A stretch of 64,000 bases of DNA, from positions 160,001 through 224,000 of IMG/VR virus record IMGVR_UViG_3300049182_000044, one strand, 5' to 3'. The notes beneath the pieces were generated by a model. The model ran no database searches. It was not told the DNA's origin and worked only from the letters and a program-made list of their open reading frames with translations. This document shows, in pieces, positions 53,359 through 62,267 of the stretch. The first letter of the stretch is position 1, and the number at the start of each line of letters is the position of its first letter. Made by a program: the position numbers and the translations under genes. The DNA is from a virus (Duplodnaviria; Caudoviricetes).

Positions 53359-54266
53359 TTACGTCCCCACTTTGCTTTCATGTAAGTCGCAACGCCTCGC
53401 TCCGCAGCTACCAACCATTTCGGGTTGATGGACTTGAGCCTGTACGGTTCTAGCTGCAACGCATGGCCTTCGTAAACCTTTTCCTCAATTGGAAAGCTGT
53501 CGATGATGATCTTCACACAGCTAGCTAGTGCTTGGTCGCCGTACTTTACTTCTTCAACAAGATCAGTCGGTATCGATGCTGACGGCCTAGGCTTGCCTGA
53601 TACCGCCTCCATCATTTCGTCACTGAGGTACGAAAGTTTATAGCGTTGATACCAGTCATGCGGCATTTGGGCTGAACGACGAGTGCCTCCATACGCTAGG
53701 GAGTGCAGTGTAGACAAACCTGTCATACGGCCACCGCTGCTGATCGGTGCCTCGCCGGCTCTAATCATGTCGAACGCACTTGACCAAGTATTGGCCTTAT
53801 ACCACTCAGCAGGTAGAGCCTTGAGCGTCTTACCGCAGAACTGCGCACATGCCTTGCGAATCGAAAGCGTGTAGTTACGGAGATTGAAGATACGACTGAG
53901 TGGGCGATCACGTTCCTCGATATTAGAGTTGAAGCCAGACACGCGGCCAGTAACAGTACCATGTATGTTCAAGTCCTTGCTCGAAGTGCGCCCCGTCTCA
54001 ACACTAGAGAAACCGAACAGACTCCGGGGCCACTCACGCATCAGTTCAGGACTTTCAAGGTTGACCATGTTCTTCGGCAACACATAGTCTGCAAACGCCA
54101 TGAGACTCTCGTAGCTCGGCTCGAAGTCAGTGCTCTCGCAATTCATCCAGGAAATTACGGAGTCAGGTTTTAGATTCATCTTGATGAACATTGCCTGCGT
54201 CAAGAAGGACATGGTCTTCGGGTGACCGCTCGGCATGGGCTTGCCGTCTATATAAAGCCAGGACAT
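53355..54266 (-). CDS. Hypothetical protein
   Basis: 303 aa from ATG 54266 (AAAGGAGG, TAATG overlap). Confidence 0.6.
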   Translation of the reverse strand: MSWLYIDGKPMPSGHPKTMSFLTQAMFIKMNLKPDSVISWMNCESTDFEPSYESLMAFADYVLPKNMVNLESPELMREWPRSLFGFSSVETGRTSSKDLNIHGTVTGRVSGFNSNIEERDRPLSRIFNLRNYTLSIRKACAQFCGKTLKALPAEWYKANTWSSAFDMIRAGEAPISSGGRMTGLSTLHSLAYGGTRRSAQMPHDWYQRYKLSYLSDEMMEAVSGKPRPSASIPTDLVEEVKYGDQALASCVKIIIDSFPIEEKVYEGHALQLEPYRLKSINPKWLVAAERGVATYMKAKWGRK

Positions 54267-54697
54267 TACATGCCTCCTTTCGGTTGCGGTCCACGAATGC
54301 ACTTTGTAGCCATGTTAGGCCAGATGACTGTCGCTTGCTCGCACATGAGTGCTTTCAGCTTTTCATCGTCCTTGAAAGGAGTGCCAGTCAAGAACATGGC
54401 TACGTGTTCGAGGATGATCGCGTCAGTGCAGGTATCGCCTACGCCATTGATAGCGATTTCGATTTGAACGACAGGGAACAACTGGAGGAACTGCTGGAGA
54501 AAAATTGTGTGTACGTCGAGGCCGATTGTCTCTTGAAGCATCTGACGCAATGCGTAGATGTCGTTGGTGTGTGCTTTAGCCTGACGATTTTCGAGATAAA
54601 ATTTGGCGCGGACTTGCTGGCGTATCATGAGGTCTGAGAGACCTTCCTCGGTGCGTCCGTCGCGGAACAGTTCTTCAACTGTGCAGATGGGAGTCAT
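54266..54697 (-). CDS. Hypothetical protein
   Basis: 143 aa, AAGGA SD. Confidence 0.6.
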   Translation of the reverse strand: MTPICTVEELFRDGRTEEGLSDLMIRQQVRAKFYLENRQAKAHTNDIYALRQMLQETIGLDVHTIFLQQFLQLFPVVQIEIAINGVGDTCTDAIILEHVAMFLTGTPFKDDEKLKALMCEQATVIWPNMATKCIRGPQPKGGM

Positions 54698-54761
54698 TCT
54701 AGTTCCTTCCTTTGATTAGCCGTAGCTAATAGTTTGCATTTCACTGAAATGATTTGTGGAA

Positions 54762-54782
54762 TGGGGAGCGCGAGGCTCCCCA
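54762..54782 (-). terminator. Stem-loop after dnaB
   Basis: TGGGGAGC/GCTCCCCA 8-bp stem; two more small hairpins at 54737-54751 and 54715-54730. Confidence 0.6.
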
Positions 54783-54788
54783 CCCAAG

Positions 54789-56213
54789 TTAGCTTACATC
54801 ATACTCGACGGTCTCTTCCTTCAACGGGTCAACGTCATCGTCGCCTATCTTGGTCGTACCGCCTGAGCTACCTCCGCCTACTGAGGTATCATGTAGATCG
54901 GCAACCTCGGGGGTTGGATCGTCCATGTTCAACACTGTCATGATCTCGAAATGCTCCTTGAGATCGAAGCCGAACAACTCTTGGTCACGTGCCTTCAACT
55001 GCTTGATCGGTAGTACCTTCAAGTCGCGCTGCTCTTGCTTCGAGTAGTTCCAGATCCACGCATTGTCAGCGTGCTCCAGGATACCCTTTGAATAACGAAT
55101 GCGATCGTCTTCGCTGTCCAACTGCGCCAACAGAATCACCAGGCACTTATTTTCAGCTGAAAACACCTTGCACTCGCGTGTCACCGCCGACAACACCTTC
55201 CACTGATCTGCACCATCAACACCTTCGAGCAGGCCAATGTAGTCGATTGCCAGCACTTTGAACTTGTACGGCTTCATCAACAGCAGAAGCTGCTGAATAC
55301 TGAGGCCGCGTGTCGGACACATGAGCGAGTACCGACAATCGTTCTTGACACCGAACTTGTGAAACTTCTTCCACGCCTCGTGCGCCTTTTCCTTCTCCGC
55401 CGGCTTGAGACGCTTCTTGTTGAACTTCCAAAACGCTATGCCTGTCAGATTAGACAGCAAGCGGCGAGTCTCCTTCTTCGCATTCATTTCAAGAGAGACT
55501 GTAGCCACTGACACCTTGTTCAGCTTATACAGGTTCTTCATGAGGTTCATACGAGTAACTGACTTACCGCCAGATGTAGTCGCCGCGAGAAGCATAACGC
55601 CTTCGTTAGGCAAACCACCGTTGCGTTCATCGAACTCTTTGAAACCCGACTTCAACAGCAGATCGTCTTCCGGGCTCAAGGCCTGGTCGATCAAGTCAAC
55701 GGCGTTTCCATCCGCACCGACTGACAAGATTAGGTCTGCCATCGACTCGCGTGACCTGGTCTGTGTCAACCTATCAGTCGTGTCGTCCAACAAGGTGTCA
55801 ATGTCTACTTCCGGCTCTTTGAGCGTGTCGATGACATTTTTTGCCATGTAGTACAGGGCACGAGTCTTGCGATAGTTGTCCAGCGATTCGAGCAACTGAG
55901 CTGCTTGGTCCTGCGTCTTGAGCGGCTTCTTCTTGTACTCCCTGAGGATGTCACGAAATTCCTCGTTGAGTGCTGGGTCTTCGACTAGGTCGTCATACGA
56001 CAAAATCTTTGACCGTTTGCGCGACACTGTAATGAGTCGCTTGAATGCAGCTTTTGCAGGTTCATAATGAAAGAACGATTCATCAACAGACGCCATCAGG
56101 TATGAGCTGATCTGCGTCTTACCGTTCACTTCCAGCTTCGTCTTCTCACCGCCGTTTGCCACAGCCATGGACTTAATGGCTTTGAGCTCTAAGCTCTGGC
56201 TATACAGCTTCAT
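54789..56213 (-). CDS. dnaB: Replicative DNA helicase (DnaB family)
   Basis: 474 aa; Walker A AATTSGGKS, SLEM, IDYIGL, LAQL, ILEHAD, KAR motifs. Confidence 0.92.
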   Translation of the reverse strand: MKLYSQSLELKAIKSMAVANGGEKTKLEVNGKTQISSYLMASVDESFFHYEPAKAAFKRLITVSRKRSKILSYDDLVEDPALNEEFRDILREYKKKPLKTQDQAAQLLESLDNYRKTRALYYMAKNVIDTLKEPEVDIDTLLDDTTDRLTQTRSRESMADLILSVGADGNAVDLIDQALSPEDDLLLKSGFKEFDERNGGLPNEGVMLLAATTSGGKSVTRMNLMKNLYKLNKVSVATVSLEMNAKKETRRLLSNLTGIAFWKFNKKRLKPAEKEKAHEAWKKFHKFGVKNDCRYSLMCPTRGLSIQQLLLLMKPYKFKVLAIDYIGLLEGVDGADQWKVLSAVTRECKVFSAENKCLVILLAQLDSEDDRIRYSKGILEHADNAWIWNYSKQEQRDLKVLPIKQLKARDQELFGFDLKEHFEIMTVLNMDDPTPEVADLHDTSVGGGSSGGTTKIGDDDVDPLKEETVEYDVS

Positions 56214-56221
56214 GATTCACC

Positions 56222-56677
56222 TCACGCGAGTTTCGATTGAGGTGCACTCGTCGAGGGTTGTTTCGGGGTGAACACCGGCGGCTGGAAGTGAGCGAACTCA
56301 GGATACTCCTGCATAGCCCTTTCGAGCCACTTGGTGAACTCCGGTGAGTCTTCAGTCTTCGCACGTAGGTGTACTGTGCCTGCATTGCGTTTGGCCTGCT
56401 GCGCTCGGTTGCCGTTGACTGGCGTCTTACCAGACAATGCCCAACGGCTTACGCTGTTGAACAAAGTCTTGGATGTGAGCGAGGCGACTGCACCATCGAC
56501 TACCTGCCCATCGAGCATGTACTCGGTCTGCAGGAGCCATTTCAGCTGATTCAGCGTTATGCTGTTGTTACGCTCGATCGTCTTGTAGACAATGAACATA
56601 ACGGTTACGTCAAACGCCCTTTCTGTAGGATGGAGAAGATTGAAGCTAAACTTCTCTTTCGCTTGCAAGGTGTCCAT
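56222..56677 (-). CDS. Hypothetical (winged-helix-like) protein
   Basis: 151 aa in replication cluster. Confidence 0.5.
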   Translation of the reverse strand: MDTLQAKEKFSFNLLHPTERAFDVTVMFIVYKTIERNNSITLNQLKWLLQTEYMLDGQVVDGAVASLTSKTLFNSVSRWALSGKTPVNGNRAQQAKRNAGTVHLRAKTEDSPEFTKWLERAMQEYPEFAHFQPPVFTPKQPSTSAPQSKLA

Positions 56678-56698
56678 GATTCAAATCCATTTCATTTT

Positions 56699-57892
56699 CT
56701 ATTTGTCGATGCTGGACGGCACTCGCTTAATATGCAAACGCGATTTGCCGGCCTTGATCGAGGGCAATGCTAGGTCCCTACGCAGCTTAAGGATGAAGGC
56801 GTTAACCTTGTCCTCGGCTACGTTCAGGAACTGACTAAGCAGTTTATTGAACTCCGTGGTGGTCAGTTTGAGCTGCACATCAACATTGTCCTCGCTCCGT
56901 GTAGCGATCTTCCTAGCCTGCAACCAAGTTGTGAACTCGGAGTCCTCGTGCCCCATTAAGAGTTTCAGGAAGCGATACTTCTTCGAGGTTTGTTGCAACC
57001 GGCTGAGAATCTCCGACACCGAAAATTCGAGCTCGAACTTCTCCAGATTGTTGGACGTGTCACCATGAACTTCATCGTAGGATGCATCCGACCCATCGAC
57101 AGGCAAAGCCATCTGATTTTCGGATACCATCAACAGTGAGAATACTCGATTTTGCTCCTTGTCTGTTCCTACGCTCACCAGCCTGCCCTTCTTCAATGAA
57201 GTCTCAGCCTTGATAATGTTCATTGCATGATTGTGTGCTACACGCTTCAGGTAGTTGATAACGTGAAGTTCCGTCTTCGTGATCGGCACCATCATGTAGT
57301 ACGCCTGCACAACCTTCGACAGCAGTTCGTTTTCCAAATCCCGCAGCTCAACGTTCGAGCTCTTTGCGATGAAGCGAAGTTTCTTGTAGGCCAAGAACTT
57401 GATCTTCTTATACACATCGGGATAGATTTCGTTGAAAAACAAATTGAGGCCTGATTCGGTCAACAAGTACGTCTGACTCTTGTGAACCGCCTTGGCCTCT
57501 GCCTTCATGCGCTTGCGAAACAGTGGATGTTGATTCCAAACCTGCAGCATGCGCTTTGCATCTATTACTTTGATTTTGAGTTCTGCACACAACTCCTTAA
57601 CCATTTCGAGCGTGACCGACCTGTAGCGTGCGATGCGAAACAGGAACAGCTTAAGGCTCAACGAGAGGTACCTTGACTCGTGCAGCTTGAGCCGGAACTG
57701 CTTGGCACTCATACCAGTGCCTTTACAGAAAACCTTGATCTCGTCTTGATACCGGAATGCTTTCATACCCTTCGTTAGGTACGAAATGCTTACTGCGTAG
57801 ATAGTGTGAAAGTCATTACTATCGAGCTCTACCCCGAAACAGCGGCAGATAGTATGGGCTAGTGAGCTAGCCTCTGAAGGTGTGGCGTTCAA
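56699..57892 (-). CDS. Sigma-70-like RNA polymerase sigma factor (candidate late sigma)
   Basis: 397 aa, TTG start with AAGGAG; DLENELLSKVVQAY...INYLKRVAHNHAMNII resembles region 2; helical C-terminus may be region 4. Confidence 0.5.
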   Translation of the reverse strand: MNATPSEASSLAHTICRCFGVELDSNDFHTIYAVSISYLTKGMKAFRYQDEIKVFCKGTGMSAKQFRLKLHESRYLSLSLKLFLFRIARYRSVTLEMVKELCAELKIKVIDAKRMLQVWNQHPLFRKRMKAEAKAVHKSQTYLLTESGLNLFFNEIYPDVYKKIKFLAYKKLRFIAKSSNVELRDLENELLSKVVQAYYMMVPITKTELHVINYLKRVAHNHAMNIIKAETSLKKGRLVSVGTDKEQNRVFSLLMVSENQMALPVDGSDASYDEVHGDTSNNLEKFELEFSVSEILSRLQQTSKKYRFLKLLMGHEDSEFTTWLQARKIATRSEDNVDVQLKLTTTEFNKLLSQFLNVAEDKVNAFILKLRRDLALPSIKAGKSRLHIKRVPSSIDK

Positions 57893-57958
57893 GATTGCTC
57901 CTTAGTGCTATACAATATATTATTGGTCTTTATGACGTATTGGTCTAGCTGCTAAGGT

Positions 57959-58690
57959 TTACTCCCAATTGATCCGAACCTCGTCGTTCGTCGCTTCCTT
58001 CTTCTCCTTCTTACCGCGAAGATGTCCACGACCCATACGAGCTACGAGACTGACTAGGTCATCCTTAGCTGCCTTGTTCTTCAACGCCTTCTTGTCAATA
58101 ATACCTTCCTCGACCGCTTGATCGAGAGGTATAACACCAGCTGCCCTACGCTTCAAACGTGCTTCCTCTTCCTTGATCGCCGGATCGACATAGCGATTGT
58201 TCGCAGCCATTTCGATACGCAGCTTGTTGAATCGCTCGACCGTGTACACGGTCTCGCTGTCCTTGTCGTTGATCGCGCTGATCGCTGTCGCGCCCGACTC
58301 GCCAACCACACGAATCGTATCCTTCGTAACGTCCAGAATGCGACCGACTACGAAATTACTGAAGTAGTTCGAGTTCGACGAACCCCGGAAACGAACATAC
58401 ACCTTCTGGAAGAACTGATAACCTTGCTTGCGCGTGTGCTTCTCACGCAAGAGCAATGCACCCAAGATTTGCAGGTCGTTCGGACTCATCTGCCCCATCA
58501 TCTCGGCAACCTTTGCGAGGCTACCGAGCGCGTCTTCACGAATGAGCGTGAACACATCAGGAACATGACTGCCGCATGCCTTCGATACTGGGAGACGACC
58601 CAGGTCCGAACACCTTGTCTCAAGAATCTTAACCCTGTGAAGTCCCTCGCACGAACCACAATTGAGACTCTTCTTTGGCTTTTCTGACAT
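57959..58690 (-). CDS. Hypothetical protein with N-terminal Cys cluster
   Basis: 243 aa; CGSCEG...C...C. Confidence 0.6.
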   Translation of the reverse strand: MSEKPKKSLNCGSCEGLHRVKILETRCSDLGRLPVSKACGSHVPDVFTLIREDALGSLAKVAEMMGQMSPNDLQILGALLLREKHTRKQGYQFFQKVYVRFRGSSNSNYFSNFVVGRILDVTKDTIRVVGESGATAISAINDKDSETVYTVERFNKLRIEMAANNRYVDPAIKEEEARLKRRAAGVIPLDQAVEEGIIDKKALKNKAAKDDLVSLVARMGRGHLRGKKEKKEATNDEVRINWE

Positions 58691-59132
58691 TTGTTATTCC
58701 TTTACTGTGCAAAGTATAAGCGATGCAGTAATCGAACGTCTTCTCCATTGAGGAGAGCCCGAGGTCGCACTGAAGCATTTTTATATCCTCGAACGTGGAC
58801 GTCTTTACTGAGGTTGTTATCGGATGGTTCCTTTCAAAACCAGCCGGAAGTGGCGTCATTAACGCCTTGACTAGAATCTCTAGCCAATGTTGGGCGCGTT
58901 GCTCATCCTCGGCGCGTTTCCAAAAGCGCTTCGGTTCACGAACCTTATTGCGACGTATCTGAGACACGAGGAACACCGCGTGGGCGTGCAACGAGTTGTG
59001 ACACGTAGGGCACAATATGATCTGCAGCGAGTTGTCTCCACCTCGAGAGCGAGGCACAGTGTGATGACTGTGCATGATCGCCTCATTCTGCGTACATATC
59101 CTGCAAGGTTCGTTTGATTGGACGGCACCCAT
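58629..59132 (-). CDS. HNH endonuclease
   Basis: 167 aa; CRIC...HHTVPRSRGG.N.....LCPTCHN.LH. Confidence 0.88.
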   Translation of the reverse strand: MGAVQSNEPCRICTQNEAIMHSHHTVPRSRGGDNSLQIILCPTCHNSLHAHAVFLVSQIRRNKVREPKRFWKRAEDEQRAQHWLEILVKALMTPLPAGFERNHPITTSVKTSTFEDIKMLQCDLGLSSMEKTFDYCIAYTLHSKGITNVRKAKEESQLWFVRGTSQG

Positions 59133-59141
59133 GATTACACC

Positions 59142-61151
59142 TTACTTGTCCGGACGTTTGGGGTTAGCAATACGCTTCGATTTCCATCCGTGCGGGTAGA
59201 ACTTTTCCCGATACTCCGCGTTGTGCGGATACTCCAAGAACTCGTCAACCTGAGCCATGTCGTAGCGTGCAACCTTATCACCGATCTTTACCAGACGGCC
59301 TTTCGGGTCCTGCATGTCTTCGAGTGGGCGGCGACTGATGTGAGTCCAGCCTGTACGCTTCTCAGTCTTACCCGATACATGGTACGCATCGTCCCAGGGG
59401 AACGACCACTGACGAACCTTCGCCTTACCACCGGATGCTTTCAGCAGCGCTGCGAGCTTGCCTTTCGGCATGATCCAGAAGCAGATGATGTCTTGCAGGT
59501 TGCGAGGATTCGGCATGTGAATCTTCGTCACCAGCTCGTACTGCGTTGCACCGCGTTCGTTGATGATCGACAGCACGGTCTGTGCGTAGTCTTCCGGCTT
59601 CATCACCGGAGCTTTCTTCACAGCCTTGCGGCCCTGCTCTAGGTTTTGCTCTTCCTTATCTAGCTTCTCCTGAAGTGCCTTGCGCTTCTCTTCGAGTTTG
59701 CGTACAACGGCTGTGTTCGCGTCTTCCTCTTTGCGCAATTCCTCAATCTTCTTCAGGCGCACTTCGTTCTTGGCCAACAGCGTGCGATCAGCTGCGTCCA
59801 TACGGGCTTCGCGAAGCTTGTTCAGTTGCCTGTTCAGCTTGATGTAGCGTGCTTCAGCTTCTTCCAGTGTCTTCAGAATCTGAGGATCAATGCCTGTGCG
59901 CTTATCGACCGGCAATGCCTTCTGAGCATCTTCAGCGCGCTTGAATGCATTACGCGCTGCCAACAGGAAGCCCTGTTCGTGCGATTCTTTCTCGGTCTTG
60001 TCGGCCTTGAAAATCTCACGCGAAAGCTCGCGCTCTTTGTCGGTACGACCTTTAACCAACTTCGCATTCAGTGAGCGATTCGCCTCGTCGATCTTCTTCT
60101 GAATTTCAACGATCTTCGGCAGCTTACTCTTCTTCTGCTTTTTGCGCTCTACTTTCAACTCTTCGTCGATTGCAGTAAGTTGCTCCTGCAGCTCGCCGAT
60201 AATACCGCGCTTGTTCTTTGAAAACCCGCGCACGAACTTCTGACGGCCTTTGACCTGCGCTTCAATCGAAGCGTTGATAGCCGAACGCGATACAAGCATG
60301 ATGATCTGTTGCTCGAAGATCACATATCGCTCCATGCCTGCATACGGCATCGGAACTTCCGTGAACGGTACGTGTGCCTTTTGAAGAGCATACGGGTTCG
60401 ATGCGTTGCTCGTCTCGAAGATTGGGGCGACCGGCAAACGAATCAGTTCGTAGGGCGCTTTCAAGCTCTGAGGCAGCAAGCTACGCATTGCCCGCATACG
60501 TGCAAACCTGCGTTTGACGTCCTTCTCTTCTTGCGACAGGCGAACAATACGCTCGTTATCGCGTCGAGCTTCGCGCTCGTCCTCGTCCTCCGGCTTATCG
60601 TCCTCTTCGTCCTCGGAGTCTTCACCAGGAACAACTGCAGCTTCGACCTGGCGAATCGTGTTCGCGGCTTCCGCCAGCTTTTCCTTCCACTCCGCGTTGG
60701 CCGCGATTGCAGCTTTAGCGCGTGACTGAACGTCGGTCAGAGTCGCATCTGCTTCGACAGGCGCAGGTGCGGATACGTCGGACTCACCGGCCGAACGCGA
60801 GATGATTTTTTCAGATTCTGAGCTTAAGGATTCTACGAACTTCGGAACGAACTTCGTTTGAAGATTCGAGCAAACAGAGCGAAACTCCTTGACGGAGAGT
60901 TCCTTGGATGCCAAACCTTCGAGTAGTCCAGAGAAAGTGTTGTCGATGGAGACAAGCGCCTTCTTGGTTTGTGTGAGGCTGCGTCTCTTTTTAGACTCGG
61001 AGATGCTCTCGAGTGTTTTGCCAATTTCGCCTTTGGTGGAGGCCAAGGTGGATTGTAACACCTTGCTCTTATTGGATTTCTGGCACAGCTCAACCGTTGA
61101 TAGGATGAGTGCTTGCACATTGTCCAATTGTGCGAGTACCCTACGTTTCAT
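59142..61151 (-). CDS. Large coiled-coil protein
   Basis: 669 aa from ATG 61151; extended K/E/R heptad regions. Confidence 0.65.
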   Translation of the reverse strand: MKRRVLAQLDNVQALILSTVELCQKSNKSKVLQSTLASTKGEIGKTLESISESKKRRSLTQTKKALVSIDNTFSGLLEGLASKELSVKEFRSVCSNLQTKFVPKFVESLSSESEKIISRSAGESDVSAPAPVEADATLTDVQSRAKAAIAANAEWKEKLAEAANTIRQVEAAVVPGEDSEDEEDDKPEDEDEREARRDNERIVRLSQEEKDVKRRFARMRAMRSLLPQSLKAPYELIRLPVAPIFETSNASNPYALQKAHVPFTEVPMPYAGMERYVIFEQQIIMLVSRSAINASIEAQVKGRQKFVRGFSKNKRGIIGELQEQLTAIDEELKVERKKQKKSKLPKIVEIQKKIDEANRSLNAKLVKGRTDKERELSREIFKADKTEKESHEQGFLLAARNAFKRAEDAQKALPVDKRTGIDPQILKTLEEAEARYIKLNRQLNKLREARMDAADRTLLAKNEVRLKKIEELRKEEDANTAVVRKLEEKRKALQEKLDKEEQNLEQGRKAVKKAPVMKPEDYAQTVLSIINERGATQYELVTKIHMPNPRNLQDIICFWIMPKGKLAALLKASGGKAKVRQWSFPWDDAYHVSGKTEKRTGWTHISRRPLEDMQDPKGRLVKIGDKVARYDMAQVDEFLEYPHNAEYREKFYPHGWKSKRIANPKRPDK

Positions 61152-61473
61152 GTAAAACCCCTTAAGGAACTTACCCAAGTTGTAGTGACAGGACAGCTTC
61201 TATCCTGTAGGATGCGTGATCTATAACTGAAACGATCACAGATGTAAATTATCATCTTCAACATGAAAATGACAACCTAAATTTTCGCCTCAGCTTTTGC
61301 CTGGCGTTTATTCTTTGTCGTGCTGGCGCATGATTCCTCCCATGGACTGCGCCTTGTTCATACCACATATTTACAGTTTTCACTTCATTGATAAATACCG
61401 CGAATACGGTCTTGCGGCTTGGATTGACGGCTTGCTGCAATTCGATTTCCTTGTGTGCGTTGCCCACAAACGT

Positions 61474-61502
61474 AGTATATCACACATCAAAATCGTTGTC
61501 AA
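61474..61502 (-). promoter_or_regulatory. Host sigma-70 promoter (extended -10)
   Basis: TTGACA-17 bp-TATACT with TGn; predicted +1 at about G61467. Confidence 0.8.
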
Positions 61503-61517
61503 CCCCATGCATTTTTG

Positions 61518-61931
61518 TCATGTCTGCGATGATGCAGACTCGACCAACTTTTGCACCTTTGCGTACAGTGCTGGCGACACACTTAACACCTTCGGCTCAC
61601 CTTTGATCTTGTCTGTCTCAAACCCGAAGCGTTTGCTCCACTTCTTCTGAATACGCTCGTGATATTGATTACTCATCCAGCGTTTCTTCTTGTGCAGGCG
61701 TTTCGGTGTCAGCGGCTCCAACTCGACGGCAGGCATAAACCTGATGATGCGCTTGTACCCATGCGCGAACACGGGATGAACGCCTTCACTGTGAGGCCCG
61801 CATAGAGCTCGTGCGTTTGCACCAGCTATGTCTGGCTTGGTTGGAGCTTTGATGTAGTGCTTGAAGATGTGGGGTTCGGGCGGTGCGAGGATGCGAACAC
61901 TCTCACCCGGCTTCGGTTGGTAGAACTTCAT
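61518..61931 (-). CDS. Hypothetical protein
   Basis: 137 aa. Confidence 0.6.
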   Translation of the reverse strand: MKFYQPKPGESVRILAPPEPHIFKHYIKAPTKPDIAGANARALCGPHSEGVHPVFAHGYKRIIRFMPAVELEPLTPKRLHKKKRWMSNQYHERIQKKWSKRFGFETDKIKGEPKVLSVSPALYAKVQKLVESASSQT

Positions 61932-61934
61932 GGC

Positions 61935-62207
61935 TTATCTCCTCTTAACGAGTACGCCAAGTGTGTAGCCATCCCAGCTGTAGTGGTATGGGCCATACTC
62001 CGGGATGAGATCCGGAGCCCAAATCTCTACCTCGTCGAAGCCCTTCTTTGACTCAGGGTACTCCAACATTGCGAGTGCCGCTACAGCTGCGAGGCCGTAT
62101 TCCCCAGTGCGCACTGCAACCTGCTGCTCCGGGCCGCCATTGATTTTTACATGGAAGGTGTTGAGTTGTACTTCAGATGTTGGATTCTTCTTTGGCTTAG
62201 TAGCCAT
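61935..62207 (-). CDS. Hypothetical protein
   Basis: 90 aa, AGGAG SD. Confidence 0.65.
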   Translation of the reverse strand: MATKPKKNPTSEVQLNTFHVKINGGPEQQVAVRTGEYGLAAVAALAMLEYPESKKGFDEVEIWAPDLIPEYGPYHYSWDGYTLGVLVKRR

Positions 62208-62237
62208 GATATTCTCCTAGTGAGAAAGGTTGAAGGC

Positions 62238-62253
62238 TGGGGCCGAAGCCCCA
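62238..62253 (-). terminator. Stem-loop with cUUCGg loop after topoisomerase II gene
   Basis: TGGGGC TTCG GCCCCA. Confidence 0.7.
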
Positions 62254-62267
62254 AACCTTAGTGTTGC

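Noticed and set aside
53920-53965. GTVTGRVSG resembling DNA polymerase A motif TxTGRLSS
   Set aside because: Isolated 9-residue match; no polymerase motifs A/B/C in the 303-aa protein
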